From: a virus
DNA: 64,000 nucleotides
Virus record (IMG/VR): IMGVR_UViG_3300042892_004016
Span: 32,001 to 96,000 of that record
Strand: one strand, 5' to 3'
Shown here: piece by piece, positions 1 through 11,100 of the stretch
Position numbering within the stretch: the first letter of the stretch is position 1
How the letters are laid out: the number at the start of each line of letters is the position of its first letter
The notes under the pieces: model-generated
Told to the model about the DNA's origin: nothing
The model's input: only the letters and a program-made list of their open reading frames with translations
The model's database searches: none
Position numbers and translations under genes: made by a program

Positions 1-3000
1 GTTGTAATTGATGCCTGCAGTAATATCGTCCCATAACAAATCGTTGCCGCTAGTATAGGGCGCTACTCCATATCTACCTTCCCACCAAGTGGGTTTTGCG
101 GTTAGTCCCAGCATTTCCCATGGGGTAGTATGTGGGCTGGTGGTATCATAGAACCACTGATACATGCCTCTCCAATTGCCGGCATTGAACAGCTTGTTGT
201 CCAAATTGTTTCTGGATTGGTTATAGTTATATGTAAACTTGTTGTTTGACATATAGTACTGAGTTTTGTAGTCAATGCGATTCTGGCCAACCCAGTTTAA
301 GAAATTGGTGTTTTGTATGACCCGCACTTCGTCATATGAATGCGCCGTGGTTCTAAACTGTCCTGGCACAACATCATCGTATGTAACTGGAGTTTGTGCG
401 CTGCATTTGAGATTGTTGTATATGCGTTTTTCAAATTCCAACAGAACTTTATCTCTGAAGTCTACCAGTTTTCCTTCGTTATACTCACCGTACAGCTTAG
501 TCAAAGAACCATCGTGTCCTTTGATAAAATATGTGGGAGTAATATATGATTCATCGTATACTATTTCAGGAATGAATGATGGGTACAGACCCAACTTAGT
601 TGGAGTATTGGGAACGTATCCACCATAGGTCTGATTGAACTCATTGATGACAATTACATCACCTGGCATCATATCCAGAGTCATGGTGACTTTTGGCTCA
701 ATATCACTTATAATGTAATCTTGATCTTTAACCAGTTGAGTTGTGATTGATTCTGCGTTAACAATTCTGGTCAGATATATTATAACGCCGTCATAATTGG
801 CGTTGGCAAAGTCATAGGTTTTTATCAGTGAATAGAAACTGGTATCAATGAAAGCATTAAATGTGTAAGTATTTGATACGTAAGGAGCTCTAGCCGGTAG
901 CATGTCACTCCAAAAGAATGGAGTACTCTGATATTTGTAACCAGCTATTTGCTGCAGTGCATCGTCTAGCATGTAGGCTGCACTCTGATATCTATTATAG
1001 TCACCGGTATCTATTATGTTCATCAACAATGTTTTGAACTTGACATACTCATTGCTGCTATAAGATAGTGCATCAATTAAACTATAATCCTTATTGCGTA
1101 ACAGTGCAGCTGGAATAGTCAGTGGTGCGCTACTTTGTATTATCTTATCACCATATGATACCAGATTGCCCAAATCTCTATAGTCATTTGCACCGTATAT
1201 CGTACCGGTGATACGGTTAGAGTTTATGCAGATACTCTGGTAATGTCCCTTGATGTCACCTAAATTTAACGAGGTGATTACTGAATTGAATGGGTTACTT
1301 TCTAAGTTGGCAGGAATCGTGTAATAAGCATCTGCGCTTAATTTATCATCGCTGTATACCAATACCTGAATAGATGCGCCAACCTCTGGGGTCTCATACA
1401 ATGTTATCGTAGTATCTAATCCAGTGCTGGTAACTAGATAGTTATAACTGGGCTGTGTCTCAGCATTTATATATACTCTAATCACAGGCCATTTAGTAGT
1501 GTCTGCATCTTTTGCTGTTACATTACACGTGAATGATTCAAACCCCGTGGTGGACTCAAAATTAAAGGCCTGGTACTGAAAACTTTCATCAACTGCAGTT
1601 TTCCAACCCAGTTCACGGGTATATTCATTACGATTGATATAATTATATGGATATCCGGTGTTTACAGATTCGGTAATGGAACTGTAATTGTCAACATATT
1701 GGAAGGTGTCATCGTTGATTGAAATTCTAAAATTGATGTCGCTGGTGTTACCTACTGAACTATACTTGATTGGGAAACCCAATACTGCATCATCGGCGCC
1801 GGCTCCCAGCGCAAACTCAAACAAAGTAGATCCGGTAAAATTACTACCTGGATAGAATTCTTGGTCTGCAAAGCTGATTCCATTTTTGTCAAACACATCA
1901 AATTTGGGTGGTTGATTTACATAATTCTTCTGTTGCCCCTGTTGCCAGTTACTACCATCAAAGTAATAGGTTAATCCTTTACGCTCAGTTCCATTGGACA
2001 CTGTCACTTGATCATTGGCAATTACATCACCGTCTAGTGCTTTACTCAATGTGATCACCGGTGAGGAAGTGAACGTGAGCGGAGTGCCGTCAAGTATTGC
2101 TTCATCTGCGCTGCCTGTTACTGATAGGGTAGTATCGTCAATGACTGCTATTACTTGCTGTCCACTAGTAAATCCGGCTCCTGTGATACGCATGCCTTCT
2201 AGAATATCAGTGGTATCATCTACTTTTAGGGTAGTGGACGAGCCGCCGGCTGCCACATAAGATTTCTTTACCCCAAGAGATTCAGCAAAATTTGCCACCC
2301 ATACTTTATTCCTAATGTTAATATCAGTGTCTGCTGTAAAAATTATTCTGGCACCCTCAAACAAAGGAATACTGGACCCATCTGGATAGTATATGGTTCG
2401 GCCGGCAACTCTATCTGATGAGTAAAATCCGGATATGTTGATGCTGGTATTATCTACGAAATCAACTGAGCCAATACCAACAGTACCCTGATTAATCAGT
2501 TTGAGGTCGGGATAAAATTCAACGATTGGTCTATTGGCACGGTTATCTTTGTTATTGAGAGCGGCTAATGCGATTTCTCCAGAAACATATGAGGCTGTGG
2601 CCTTTAATACATCAATATGAAACCAACGATTGCCTCGGCTCCATGCATTTCTGTTAATAGCATTCCTACTAATAGTGATATAATCTTTATTAATTGGCAT
2701 GTCAATTTGCCCACTAAACTTATCAACATCAAATTTATTGTTGTCGTAGATAGTGTAGATTGAATCAGCAAAGGGCTCGTATACACTGAGTTCTTCTGAT
2801 AAAATCAAATTGATACTTGTACCAACACCTTCAACGTAGTAGCTGCCAGTATTATAATGTTTGGGAAACACATTTTCACTAAACGTTACTTTAAGTCCAT
2901 TAGTGAATGTTACACCATTGGGGCTGGTATATATAAGTTGTCCTAAAATATCCTGTTGCACATTGATAAAATCATCTGCCTTTTTATCTAAAATACGAAT

Positions 3001-4251
3001 GGTTCCATACATCAGTGGATTCAAACTATCCTGATAGTACAAAGTATTCAATGCTGCAGTTTTTGGTGGCAGCATACGAACCAGTCCGTATTGGTTCTTG
3101 ACAAAGTTCTTGTTGATAAATGAGGTACCATTGGTGGCAGTTATTAACTGGTCTGTTGGAATGGGCGCATATTCAGTTAAAGTTACTATAGGAAAGCCCA
3201 ACGCATCGTCAATCAAATTTATTTGGTAGAAATAGTCACTTAGTTTTGTGATTGGTGACAAATCAAAGTCGGCATCGCCAAAATCGGCAATATCAAACAA
3301 TGAATTTATTGTGCCGGTCGCATTGGCATCAAACCCGTAGAACATTATGATTTTGCCATCTAATACGTCATTCAATGGTCCGCCAATTCCATCAATACTG
3401 CCAGTAAACGGTCCTGATAACGTCAAGTCATTTAATCTTTTGCCGTGTATTTCATTAAACGGTATGGTACAAATTAAATCTACTTTGTTATCGCCAGTAT
3501 AGGTATCAGATTCTTGAGCACCACTTAAAGGTACAGTAAAGGTCACTGTGCCGATATCAGCACCGTTGTTTACTACACCATAAACATCACGTGAGCTGAC
3601 ATTGTTTCGGTACGTGTCTATGCCCGAGAGTCCAACGTTGGTTTGTATGAAAAACTTGCTACCTTGAGCTACCTGAAAAGTATAAGTACCACCTCTGACA
3701 ACTGTGATTGTAGGATTTACTTCCGCAATAGATACATTGTTCTTACTAAAGGCGTATGAGGTAAATTGAGTAGTAACAGTGTAATCTGCAACAGTGTCTA
3801 TGTAGTCAGTAGTTACTGGAACTGGGTCTGGTCCATTGGTCAGCCAATAGTATTGACTGAAGTTGGTTATCTTGTCTAGATCAACAAAGCTATCCCATGA
3901 ATAAAACTCATTTGAAAACAAGTTAGAATGGTTGTTAGTTGGTGAACCTTCTGTGGTCAGCGCATCAACCAATCCCGGGTAGGTTATAAAGTCTTTAGCA
4001 ACACTAGTGTCCTTGTTAGTGAATACTACTCCAGGTTCTAGCTGATAGTCAGTTCTGATCTTGCTGGGTTCAGTTACATAACTGGAGTTTGGATTGATTC
4101 CATATTCAAATCTGCGACCAATATAACCCTGAATTCGTTGGGAATTGGGTTGTTGAACTAATTGATCTAGCGTTGCTTTTAAAAACTGCTGATTGGATTT
4201 AGTCTGAAATATCTCAGGAAGAAAATTCAAGGTTCTAACTTGTGTTACCAT
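1..4251 (-). CDS. Giant virion/baseplate structural protein, partial (>1417 aa, runs off the left edge)
   Basis: Absent from the ORF track, consistent with no stop inside the window. ATG at 4251 gives MVTQVRTLNFLPEIFQTKSNQQFLKATLDQL...DYQLEPGVV...DLDKITNFSQYYW. The same frame is still open at position 1 (...YGVAPYTSGNDLLWDDITAGINYN). It lies directly downstream of the gp6-like gene, in the position of a gp7-like wedge protein. Confidence 0.8.
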   Translation of the reverse strand, partial: MVTQVRTLNFLPEIFQTKSNQQFLKATLDQLVQQPNSQRIQGYIGRRFEYGINPNSSYVTEPSKIRTDYQLEPGVVFTNKDTSVAKDFITYPGLVDALTTEGSPTNNHSNLFSNEFYSWDSFVDLDKITNFSQYYWLTNGPDPVPVTTDYIDTVADYTVTTQFTSYAFSKNNVSIAEVNPTITVVRGGTYTFQVAQGSKFFIQTNVGLSGIDTYRNNVSSRDVYGVVNNGADIGTVTFTVPLSGAQESDTYTGDNKVDLICTIPFNEIHGKRLNDLTLSGPFTGSIDGIGGPLNDVLDGKIIMFYGFDANATGTINSLFDIADFGDADFDLSPITKLSDYFYQINLIDDALGFPIVTLTEYAPIPTDQLITATNGTSFINKNFVKNQYGLVRMLPPKTAALNTLYYQDSLNPLMYGTIRILDKKADDFINVQQDILGQLIYTSPNGVTFTNGLKVTFSENVFPKHYNTGSYYVEGVGTSINLILSEELSVYEPFADSIYTIYDNNKFDVDKFSGQIDMPINKDYITISRNAINRNAWSRGNRWFHIDVLKATASYVSGEIALAALNNKDNRANRPIVEFYPDLKLINQGTVGIGSVDFVDNTSINISGFYSSDRVAGRTIYYPDGSSIPLFEGARIIFTADTDINIRNKVWVANFAESLGVKKSYVAAGGSSTTLKVDDTTDILEGMRITGAGFTSGQQVIAVIDDTTLSVTGSADEAILDGTPLTFTSSPVITLSKALDGDVIANDQVTVSNGTERKGLTYYFDGSNWQQGQQKNYVNQPPKFDVFDKNGISFADQEFYPGSNFTGSTLFEFALGAGADDAVLGFPIKYSSVGNTSDINFRISINDDTFQYVDNYSSITESVNTGYPYNYINRNEYTRELGWKTAVDESFQYQAFNFESTTGFESFTCNVTAKDADTTKWPVIRVYINAETQPSYNYLVTSTGLDTTITLYETPEVGASIQVLVYSDDKLSADAYYTIPANLESNPFNSVITSLNLGDIKGHYQSICINSNRITGTIYGANDYRDLGNLVSYGDKIIQSSAPLTIPAALLRNKDYSLIDALSYSSNEYVKFKTLLMNIIDTGDYNRYQSAAYMLDDALQQIAGYKYQSTPFFWSDMLPARAPYVSNTYTFNAFIDTSFYSLIKTYDFANANYDGVIIYLTRIVNAESITTQLVKDQDYIISDIEPKVTMTLDMMPGDVIVINEFNQTYGGYVPNTPTKLGLYPSFIPEIVYDESYITPTYFIKGHDGSLTKLYGEYNEGKLVDFRDKVLLEFEKRIYNNLKCSAQTPVTYDDVVPGQFRTTAHSYDEVRVIQNTNFLNWVGQNRIDYKTQYYMSNNKFTYNYNQSRNNLDNKLFNAGNWRGMYQWFYDTTSPHTTPWEMLGLTAKPTWWEGRYGVAPYTSGNDLLWDDITAGINYN

Positions 4252-4265
4252 TATGTGTTCTCTTT

Positions 4266-7200
4266 TTAGCTATTTGGCTTCAATTGGTCTGCAGTCAACG
4301 ACGAAATTACCACGATGTCGGTGGCTTGTGCGGCATTAACAAAAATCTCGTAAGGAGCTGATCTTATTTCATACAAGTCACCAAATGATAACTGTGAGTT
4401 GTTTGGTACTAATATTGCGGAACTTATTAAATCTCCTATTTCACTGTGCAAGTACGCACTCAATTCACTGAAATAAAATGTATCTCCAAAGTTCCAATTG
4501 CCAATGTCAAAGTAAGTGTTTATGGCATTTATAGTGGCTATGCGAATTTCACTATCACTGGCAGTAACATTGGAGTTTCTTATTACCTTAATTGTAGCTT
4601 GCAACTCTATGCTTGCCTTGCTTCCAAATAATGGTTTAAACTTGACACTGTTTAACAACACTGTATCGCTCAACATTTTGTATTCATCAACCTTGCTATA
4701 CGATTGCTTCAACTCATATATAGTTGGTATAGCAGGCTCTGGCAATTTATTAGTAGCATCTTGTATCCAATTGGTATACTGAGTATAATAGCTACTGGTT
4801 ACCACATATATATCAATTATATTTGTAGTACCAGGATTGATTCTGGTAGTGTTGCTACTGTTGTGTCTGTAATGAAAATACAATCCCTGTCTGCCTGTTA
4901 GTGCCGAATAGTTAGTCAAGCTTGATATTAGTATGATATTAGCTGAAGTGCTATCCTGACTTGACATATAGAACTTGTCCTCGGCATAGGCATAGAATAC
5001 TTGACCAATTGGATAATCATATTTGGCTAATTCAATACTACTCACTGAGGAGAATGCATAATTTACACTGGTAGAGGCCACTATTTCATATTTGTTCAAC
5101 AAGTTAGCATCTACTATTCTACGCACAAACACATATTGTGAACTGTTAGTGCTGCCAGTAGTGTAGCCAGTAACATATTTAAAGAAGTCAGGATCGTTAA
5201 CCAATCCATTATTGTTGGGATTGATACTGCTGACTTCAATGCTGTAATCGTCTACGTATCCATCTGATTCAACTGTCTGACCAATTACTGCTAAATTCAC
5301 ATCATCTGCAAATGCAAAATTGGTGCCAGGTAACGAATTGGTTTTCAATACTTTTACAGTATCGTATAACAACTTGCCAGTTAATGGATCATATATTACT
5401 TTGTTACGATCATATGTAAATCTGGAATCTTTTACGCTGCCAAAGTAATACGATAGCGATCTACTAGACACACTGTACTTGCCGTCACCTAAACTTTTGA
5501 AGTTTACTACGTAATCAGTTTCGCTGTAGTCGCCAATAAACCATCTGGGCAAATTCATAGTGAAACTATTGTTGTATGACAATGAGAAACTTTGATTGAC
5601 TGATGCTCTGGCGATAGCAGATTGCACTATTCTGTTTGGCAACATGTTATCAAACGCTGGAAGTATTGTTTCTAATAATGCACCAGCTGGGATGTCGGTA
5701 CTCAGTGCAACTGGACCCAATCCATTAGAAAGATTACCTTCGCCACCGTTATAGCCATCATCCACTACGTTTACCACTGTTGCCCATATGTACATCTTAC
5801 TTGAAGGGGTGGGCAATCCCGCAACTAACCCGGTGTCAGTAAAATAATAACCAGCTGGTGGAATAAATTTTAGTAAAGCACCACTGGTGCAGTACTTCAA
5901 GTTGTCGCCGGTATATATACCCACTGCGATAGGTTCGGTGTTTCCGGTGGAATCTTCCAGTTTAAAATAGCCCGTTATGTTTGTGCCATTGAACGAAGTT
6001 TTATTCCAAATAGGTTTCTTGGGCACAACTACTGCATCAACAGTAATATTGTATACCACCTGATATTTGGGATATGTTGCATTATAGTGTTGCAGCGTTT
6101 GCGTACTAGATAATACGCCCAATAACTTGTTAGTTAGGAATGAGATGATGCTATTGGCGCCCTGCTCCAGTGAGAATATAGTGACACGATCCTTGTTATT
6201 TTGATAGAGTGCGCCATCTTGTGCAAAACTGTTTACACTTGAGTATTTGCCTGTGGGATCCAACAAATCAAAATTTCTAGCTACCCCAATTGAACTGCGG
6301 TTTAGCGACTTGCTTTTTATAATTGAGCTATATAACGCATTGGGGAATGTGTTATAATCTTCGCCATTGACCATACGATTCTGTGAATAGTATTTGGTTG
6401 GCGCACGAAGTTTTATATTGTCTACACTTTCTCTGGATTGTGCATTGGATACTGCTTCAGTTAATGCCAATTCAATTGTAAGAGTTTCTGTGCGCCCCAC
6501 TTTGCTCACATAGCTTATAGTAAGAGTGGTTCCTTGCATTTCGCTGGGATCAATGGTGTACTGTAGTGCATTGCCAGTTCTAACATAACTGCGAAATGTA
6601 CCAATTGGCATCTCACCGAATACGCCATCGCCAAATGCATAACTTACTTGATCGTTGAATCTGGACTTGACTGAAAAGAACTGTCTACCTTCACCACTTA
6701 CTGTGGTGTCAGTGGTTGCATACACACTGTCAACTTTAGTCCACTCGGCCAATGCGCCAGTAACGGAGTCCACTTTAAATAGCCACGTATCATTCTCACT
6801 GATACCCTCAATGTCAATATCTATCAATTGATTTGATATTTTTTGATCTAGAGTAAAGTCATAATTCTGCAGTGTACCTTGTTTAAAATACATGAAGAAT
6901 CCAGTATTGGCACTGCCATACCCCAAATTGTCGTTTCGGTATAGCACATTAAACTTACCACGTGGTGTAGGACTTATCTCATATACATAATCTTGATCCA
7001 TGCTGGTAACACTAACTGCTTCAAAGTTCATTTTGGAACCCTGAACAATAGCACTAAATGGGATCACCGGTGATGCGGTAGTAGGTATCTGTAATGAGTA
7101 TTCATCTGTGGTGATACCCAGTATTGACTTGCTGTTGCCTGGTCTGCCCACACGTTGTGAGCCAATCAATGCTGCATTTATTATGCTGTTAAACTGTTCT

Positions 7201-7658
7201 TGCCAATTGGCATTGGCTGGATCATTCCACAGAATGGATATGCCACTCAGGTTGAATCCATTGATATCGTTGATGCTTTCAGTTGTCTTTACACTGGTTA
7301 CTTTCAAATAACCCTGACCACTCAAGTTTCTTTTAGGGTTGTATCCGATCAGATTGGCCAGCTTGATTACACTGTCTCGTCTTTCGGCAGTATCAATGAA
7401 GTTTTCTCTGGTATTCAAATCATCACGGAACGCCAATGCCTGTCCCATAAAGGCGATAACATCCAGCAGTGCAATGTATTCGCTGCTTTCGGTATAGTCA
7501 TTGAAAGTTTCCGGATAGTATGTTCGCAGATAGTCTACAAAACTCTTTCTAAGAGTCTCATAGTCGTAGCTTTGGAAACTGGCTTGACTGAAAGTCTGAT
7601 AGAGCGTCTTCCAGTCATTTACCCCAAATATTGTAGATTGTCGTGAGCTTGTGGCCAT
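4266..7658 (-). CDS. gp6: Baseplate wedge subunit, T4 gp6-like (1130 aa)
   Basis: N-terminal DYETLRKSFVDYL...FNDY.ESSE..ALLDVIAF...NTRENFIDTAERRDSVIKLANLIGYNPKR; central FGDGVFG and ES.DNIKLRAP..Y.SQNRMVNGEDY motifs typical of gp6/baseplate J-like proteins. Confidence 0.85.
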   Translation of the reverse strand: MATSSRQSTIFGVNDWKTLYQTFSQASFQSYDYETLRKSFVDYLRTYYPETFNDYTESSEYIALLDVIAFMGQALAFRDDLNTRENFIDTAERRDSVIKLANLIGYNPKRNLSGQGYLKVTSVKTTESINDINGFNLSGISILWNDPANANWQEQFNSIINAALIGSQRVGRPGNSKSILGITTDEYSLQIPTTASPVIPFSAIVQGSKMNFEAVSVTSMDQDYVYEISPTPRGKFNVLYRNDNLGYGSANTGFFMYFKQGTLQNYDFTLDQKISNQLIDIDIEGISENDTWLFKVDSVTGALAEWTKVDSVYATTDTTVSGEGRQFFSVKSRFNDQVSYAFGDGVFGEMPIGTFRSYVRTGNALQYTIDPSEMQGTTLTISYVSKVGRTETLTIELALTEAVSNAQSRESVDNIKLRAPTKYYSQNRMVNGEDYNTFPNALYSSIIKSKSLNRSSIGVARNFDLLDPTGKYSSVNSFAQDGALYQNNKDRVTIFSLEQGANSIISFLTNKLLGVLSSTQTLQHYNATYPKYQVVYNITVDAVVVPKKPIWNKTSFNGTNITGYFKLEDSTGNTEPIAVGIYTGDNLKYCTSGALLKFIPPAGYYFTDTGLVAGLPTPSSKMYIWATVVNVVDDGYNGGEGNLSNGLGPVALSTDIPAGALLETILPAFDNMLPNRIVQSAIARASVNQSFSLSYNNSFTMNLPRWFIGDYSETDYVVNFKSLGDGKYSVSSRSLSYYFGSVKDSRFTYDRNKVIYDPLTGKLLYDTVKVLKTNSLPGTNFAFADDVNLAVIGQTVESDGYVDDYSIEVSSINPNNNGLVNDPDFFKYVTGYTTGSTNSSQYVFVRRIVDANLLNKYEIVASTSVNYAFSSVSSIELAKYDYPIGQVFYAYAEDKFYMSSQDSTSANIILISSLTNYSALTGRQGLYFHYRHNSSNTTRINPGTTNIIDIYVVTSSYYTQYTNWIQDATNKLPEPAIPTIYELKQSYSKVDEYKMLSDTVLLNSVKFKPLFGSKASIELQATIKVIRNSNVTASDSEIRIATINAINTYFDIGNWNFGDTFYFSELSAYLHSEIGDLISSAILVPNNSQLSFGDLYEIRSAPYEIFVNAAQATDIVVISSLTADQLKPNS

Positions 7659-7679
7659 ATAAAATTCTTCTGTTTAGTA

Positions 7680-7685
7680 TATTTA
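7680..7685 (-). promoter_or_regulatory. Putative late promoter (GA)TAAATA upstream of gp6-like gene
   Basis: Same motif recurs upstream of more than 10 structural genes; resembles the T4 gp55 late promoter TATAAATA. Confidence 0.65.
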
Positions 7686-7707
7686 TCAATACAAAAAATC
7701 GGGGTTT

Positions 7708-8157
7708 TTAAGCCAGACTGGCAATATTGGTTCCCTGATCAAACATCACCGTCAACTCTTGTACCACGTTATTGGGTAATATTGCCAATTCAACGTCCAA
7801 TCGGATACTGTTCTCATTGGGAGTGACTGCCACTGTGTTCAGTATCAATCTGGGGTCTTGCGCAATTATTCTACGCACTTCATACTCTATCTGTCTCTGT
7901 GTATCAACCGTGTTGGGTTCAAATAGCATTGACCATAAGCTAGTTCCGTATTCTGGATTGCCTGGTTTAGATCCCTGAGGAATATTGAATGCATTTATCA
8001 AGTCTTGTATAACCAGCTGCTCGTCGGTGAGTTGAAATTTACTGGATCTGGGTGCAGGCTGAACGCTGAGTCCAGCAGAAGTTGTCACACCCAATGGGAT
8101 ATTGGTTGCACGTACTTGATTGAAGTTTTTGGATGAGAATCCCACATAGTATGTCAT
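7708..8157 (-). CDS. gp25: Baseplate wedge subunit / sheath initiator, gp25-like
   Basis: LTDEQLVIQDLINAFNIPQGSK..NPEYGTSLW.MLFEP...IEYEVRRII..DPR motif of the gp25 family; adjacent to gp6 and gp5. Confidence 0.85.
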   Translation of the reverse strand: MTYYVGFSSKNFNQVRATNIPLGVTTSAGLSVQPAPRSSKFQLTDEQLVIQDLINAFNIPQGSKPGNPEYGTSLWSMLFEPNTVDTQRQIEYEVRRIIAQDPRLILNTVAVTPNENSIRLDVELAILPNNVVQELTVMFDQGTNIASLA

Positions 8158-8172
8158 ATTATTTTATTCCTG

Positions 8173-11100
8173 TTAAGCCAGCATCTGTTTAGTTATATCG
8201 CCCATTTCCGTTTGTATTTCTTGGATTCTGGCCAAACATTGTTTATACTGGGCTTCTGCTTCCACTGCGTCTGCACTATCAGGGCCGTATGCTTTCTGTG
8301 CTTTGTACACGGCCTTGCTTAGGTCCCACTTGACATCTTGCTTGATGTTCAGTTCTTTTTTTAATGTAGAGTATTGTTTCTGTAGTTCAGGAGATGGCGG
8401 TTTGATATTCGCTGTTCCGCCAGCAGTAATCGGCAATGGTATGCCAGGTCCCAACAGCAGTGCAGCCTGAGCATTCATCTCTCCCCTGTCTACTGTGTTG
8501 ATGGCCAATGTGGGCAACTTGATTGTGGCCGCGCTGCCTGAAGACAACGATGCAACTGAGTTGTTTAGGTTAGCCAATTGAGAGGCGTCCATGCCTGCTG
8601 CTGCCAGTGCATCAAGTCCCAAATTGGGATTTTGTTTTAACGCACTTAAATTTAAATTCACACCAGACGTATTGTTTAGATTAGCCATTGCAGTTTGTGC
8701 TGCGGTAGTAACAGGATTGGCGGTGCCAAGAGCAGACCCTTGTTTGGCCTTGTCTATTAGGTTTCCAACGGTGCTGACTGCACCAGTTACCCCACCCACT
8801 ACTGATTTTACTGTGCCGGATATGGCTGATCCAACTGCGCCTGCCGCATCCTTTAGGGTAAACGGTGCGATTTTGTTTTTTGCACTGGCTGCTAAATCGC
8901 CCCCTAGTTGACCTGCTGATCCTTGAACACCGGGTAGCGTGGTAGCGGCAGCTTTTGCTTTTGCTGCTTCGGCTTCCGCTTTGATGGTGGTGAGATTCTG
9001 TTCTACTCCTGCTTTGAGCGCAACCATAGTAGATTTAACTGCGGCAAACGCCGATGCTGCCGCACCTTTAACTTGGTCTGCCACTGCGGTTGCACCACTC
9101 TTAAGTGACCCTAATAGTTTGCCTGCAGCTCCTGTTACTTTGTCTGCCATGCCAGCAGCAAAATTGCCTGCTGATATTGTATTGGCTATTGGACTCTTGA
9201 GCATGCTGGGTGATAGTGCTCCCAGGCCTCCCTGCACTCCTGGCAGTGAAGTAATATTGCTGCTGACAGAGTTGACAAATGCAGCGGTAGCTGCTATGCC
9301 ATGTGTGGCTGTGCTGGTTACCAGACCAGCAATCTGTGCTGGGCTTTCTTTTCCTGTGATGATGCCCGCACTCTGTAGTTGTCCCAGTCCCTGCTGCATC
9401 AGCGTTACTTGAGCACCAACCTGAACCTTAGGGCTACCCAAGAATTGCTCTACGTTGTTTATATTGTCTTTGCCAGTAAACAGATTGGAGGGAATCGCTT
9501 TGGCAAGTGTGGCACCACCGTTGGTCAATGAGTTTACCAAGTCTGCCGCACCTGGTTTCAAGATACCTGCTTGCTCAAGCTGAGCTGGAGTATGACCCAA
9601 TGCTCCCAACACTGCCATTTTTGTTCCAGCCAAGTCAGTTACTATGCCAGTGCCCTTAATAGCAGCAGCAATTTTAGGATCAGTAGCTGCAGTGACCGCA
9701 GACTGCGATACCAACGCATTGGTTGTGTTTTTGTCAATAAAGGCACTCACTGCGTCACCTGTGGGCACTGTGGCTGCCAAAGTTGGAGTAGTGGGATTGT
9801 CAGGCGCCGGGTCTACCGAGTTATTAATATTGCTAATCGCAGTGCTGGGTTCAGCTGGCAGTGTACTTGACGCATTACTGTTGACCTTAACATCAACACC
9901 CAAATTTGAATTAATCCAGGGACTGTGAGCTGGTGCTCTTGAGGTAATGCTGGTCAACAATGCGGGTGCAGTTATCCATCCTTTAACCTTGTCAAACAGT
10001 GTATCTGGATGAGCAGTGATTCCAATGGGCTTTACTTCTTTGGGCTTGAGTGCAGTTGAGCCAGTGTTCAAGTTAATAGTAGGACCGCCATTGATAAACG
10101 TGGTTTTACTGCTGGCCAATGATGCATCTCCTTTGCTGTCGATGCTCATTGCCTTTTCAACTTTAACAGTATGGTCACCCAGGGTGTGCTGCGAGAATTC
10201 TGTGCCCACTCTTATGTTGGTGTCAGCGTCACTGTTGATATTAATTTGTTCGCCATAGATGTTCAATGCTTTTTTGGCATTTAGGTTTATGTTATTGTCA
10301 GCATGGAAGTTCAGATCACCCTGTGTTCTGATGTTAACACTGTTGGTGGCATACAAATCAATGGTACCTTCTTTGCCCAACTCCACATAACTCTGACCAT
10401 TGGCGTGAACTATGAACAGTGTTTGTCCATCATCACTGAGTGTTATCTGATGACCAGTGGATGTTCTCAGTCTGACCATCTGATTCCGTCCCTGGATGTC
10501 GCCGTCATCCATGACAAAACTGTGACCACCTCTGCGGCCTATTATCTTTAATTCCTGACTGGTTGCATTGGTTATTCTGCTGGCTACCTCAGGTTCAGTG
10601 CCAGTCAAGCCACCCTTGTAAATTGGACGGCCCGGAGTTGATATACCAAACACTCGGCTGGGACTTTCACGCATGGCTGAGCTGGTTACGGTGCCGCGTA
10701 TGGGATCTCTGATCAGTCCTTGTTGAAATAGTTGTCCAGCAACAAAGCTGTGAATTGGTCTGGGTTCGTTGAAGAACGCAACTGATTCTGACAGTTTGGT
10801 GTTGCTGTCATTGAATTCTGTTACTGGCAGTGTGGTGGCGCCGCCATATCCTTCAGCTTCTGTTGCATTGGGCACTATTACAGGGGATGCGCCCACTGCT
10901 GGCACCATGTGCGTCATTCCTGGTCTGGGAATAGAACCTATATAGAATCCTCTGTTTCTTTTCGCATTGATGAATACGCACACTACTTCGCTGTTGATAT
11001 CCGGTGGCTGTGACCAAAAGCCATAACTGTGTGAGTTTTCTGTGTATGTGCCAAAGCTGGTTTTGTTTACTGAGTCACCCTGGGTAATACCATAGAAGGG

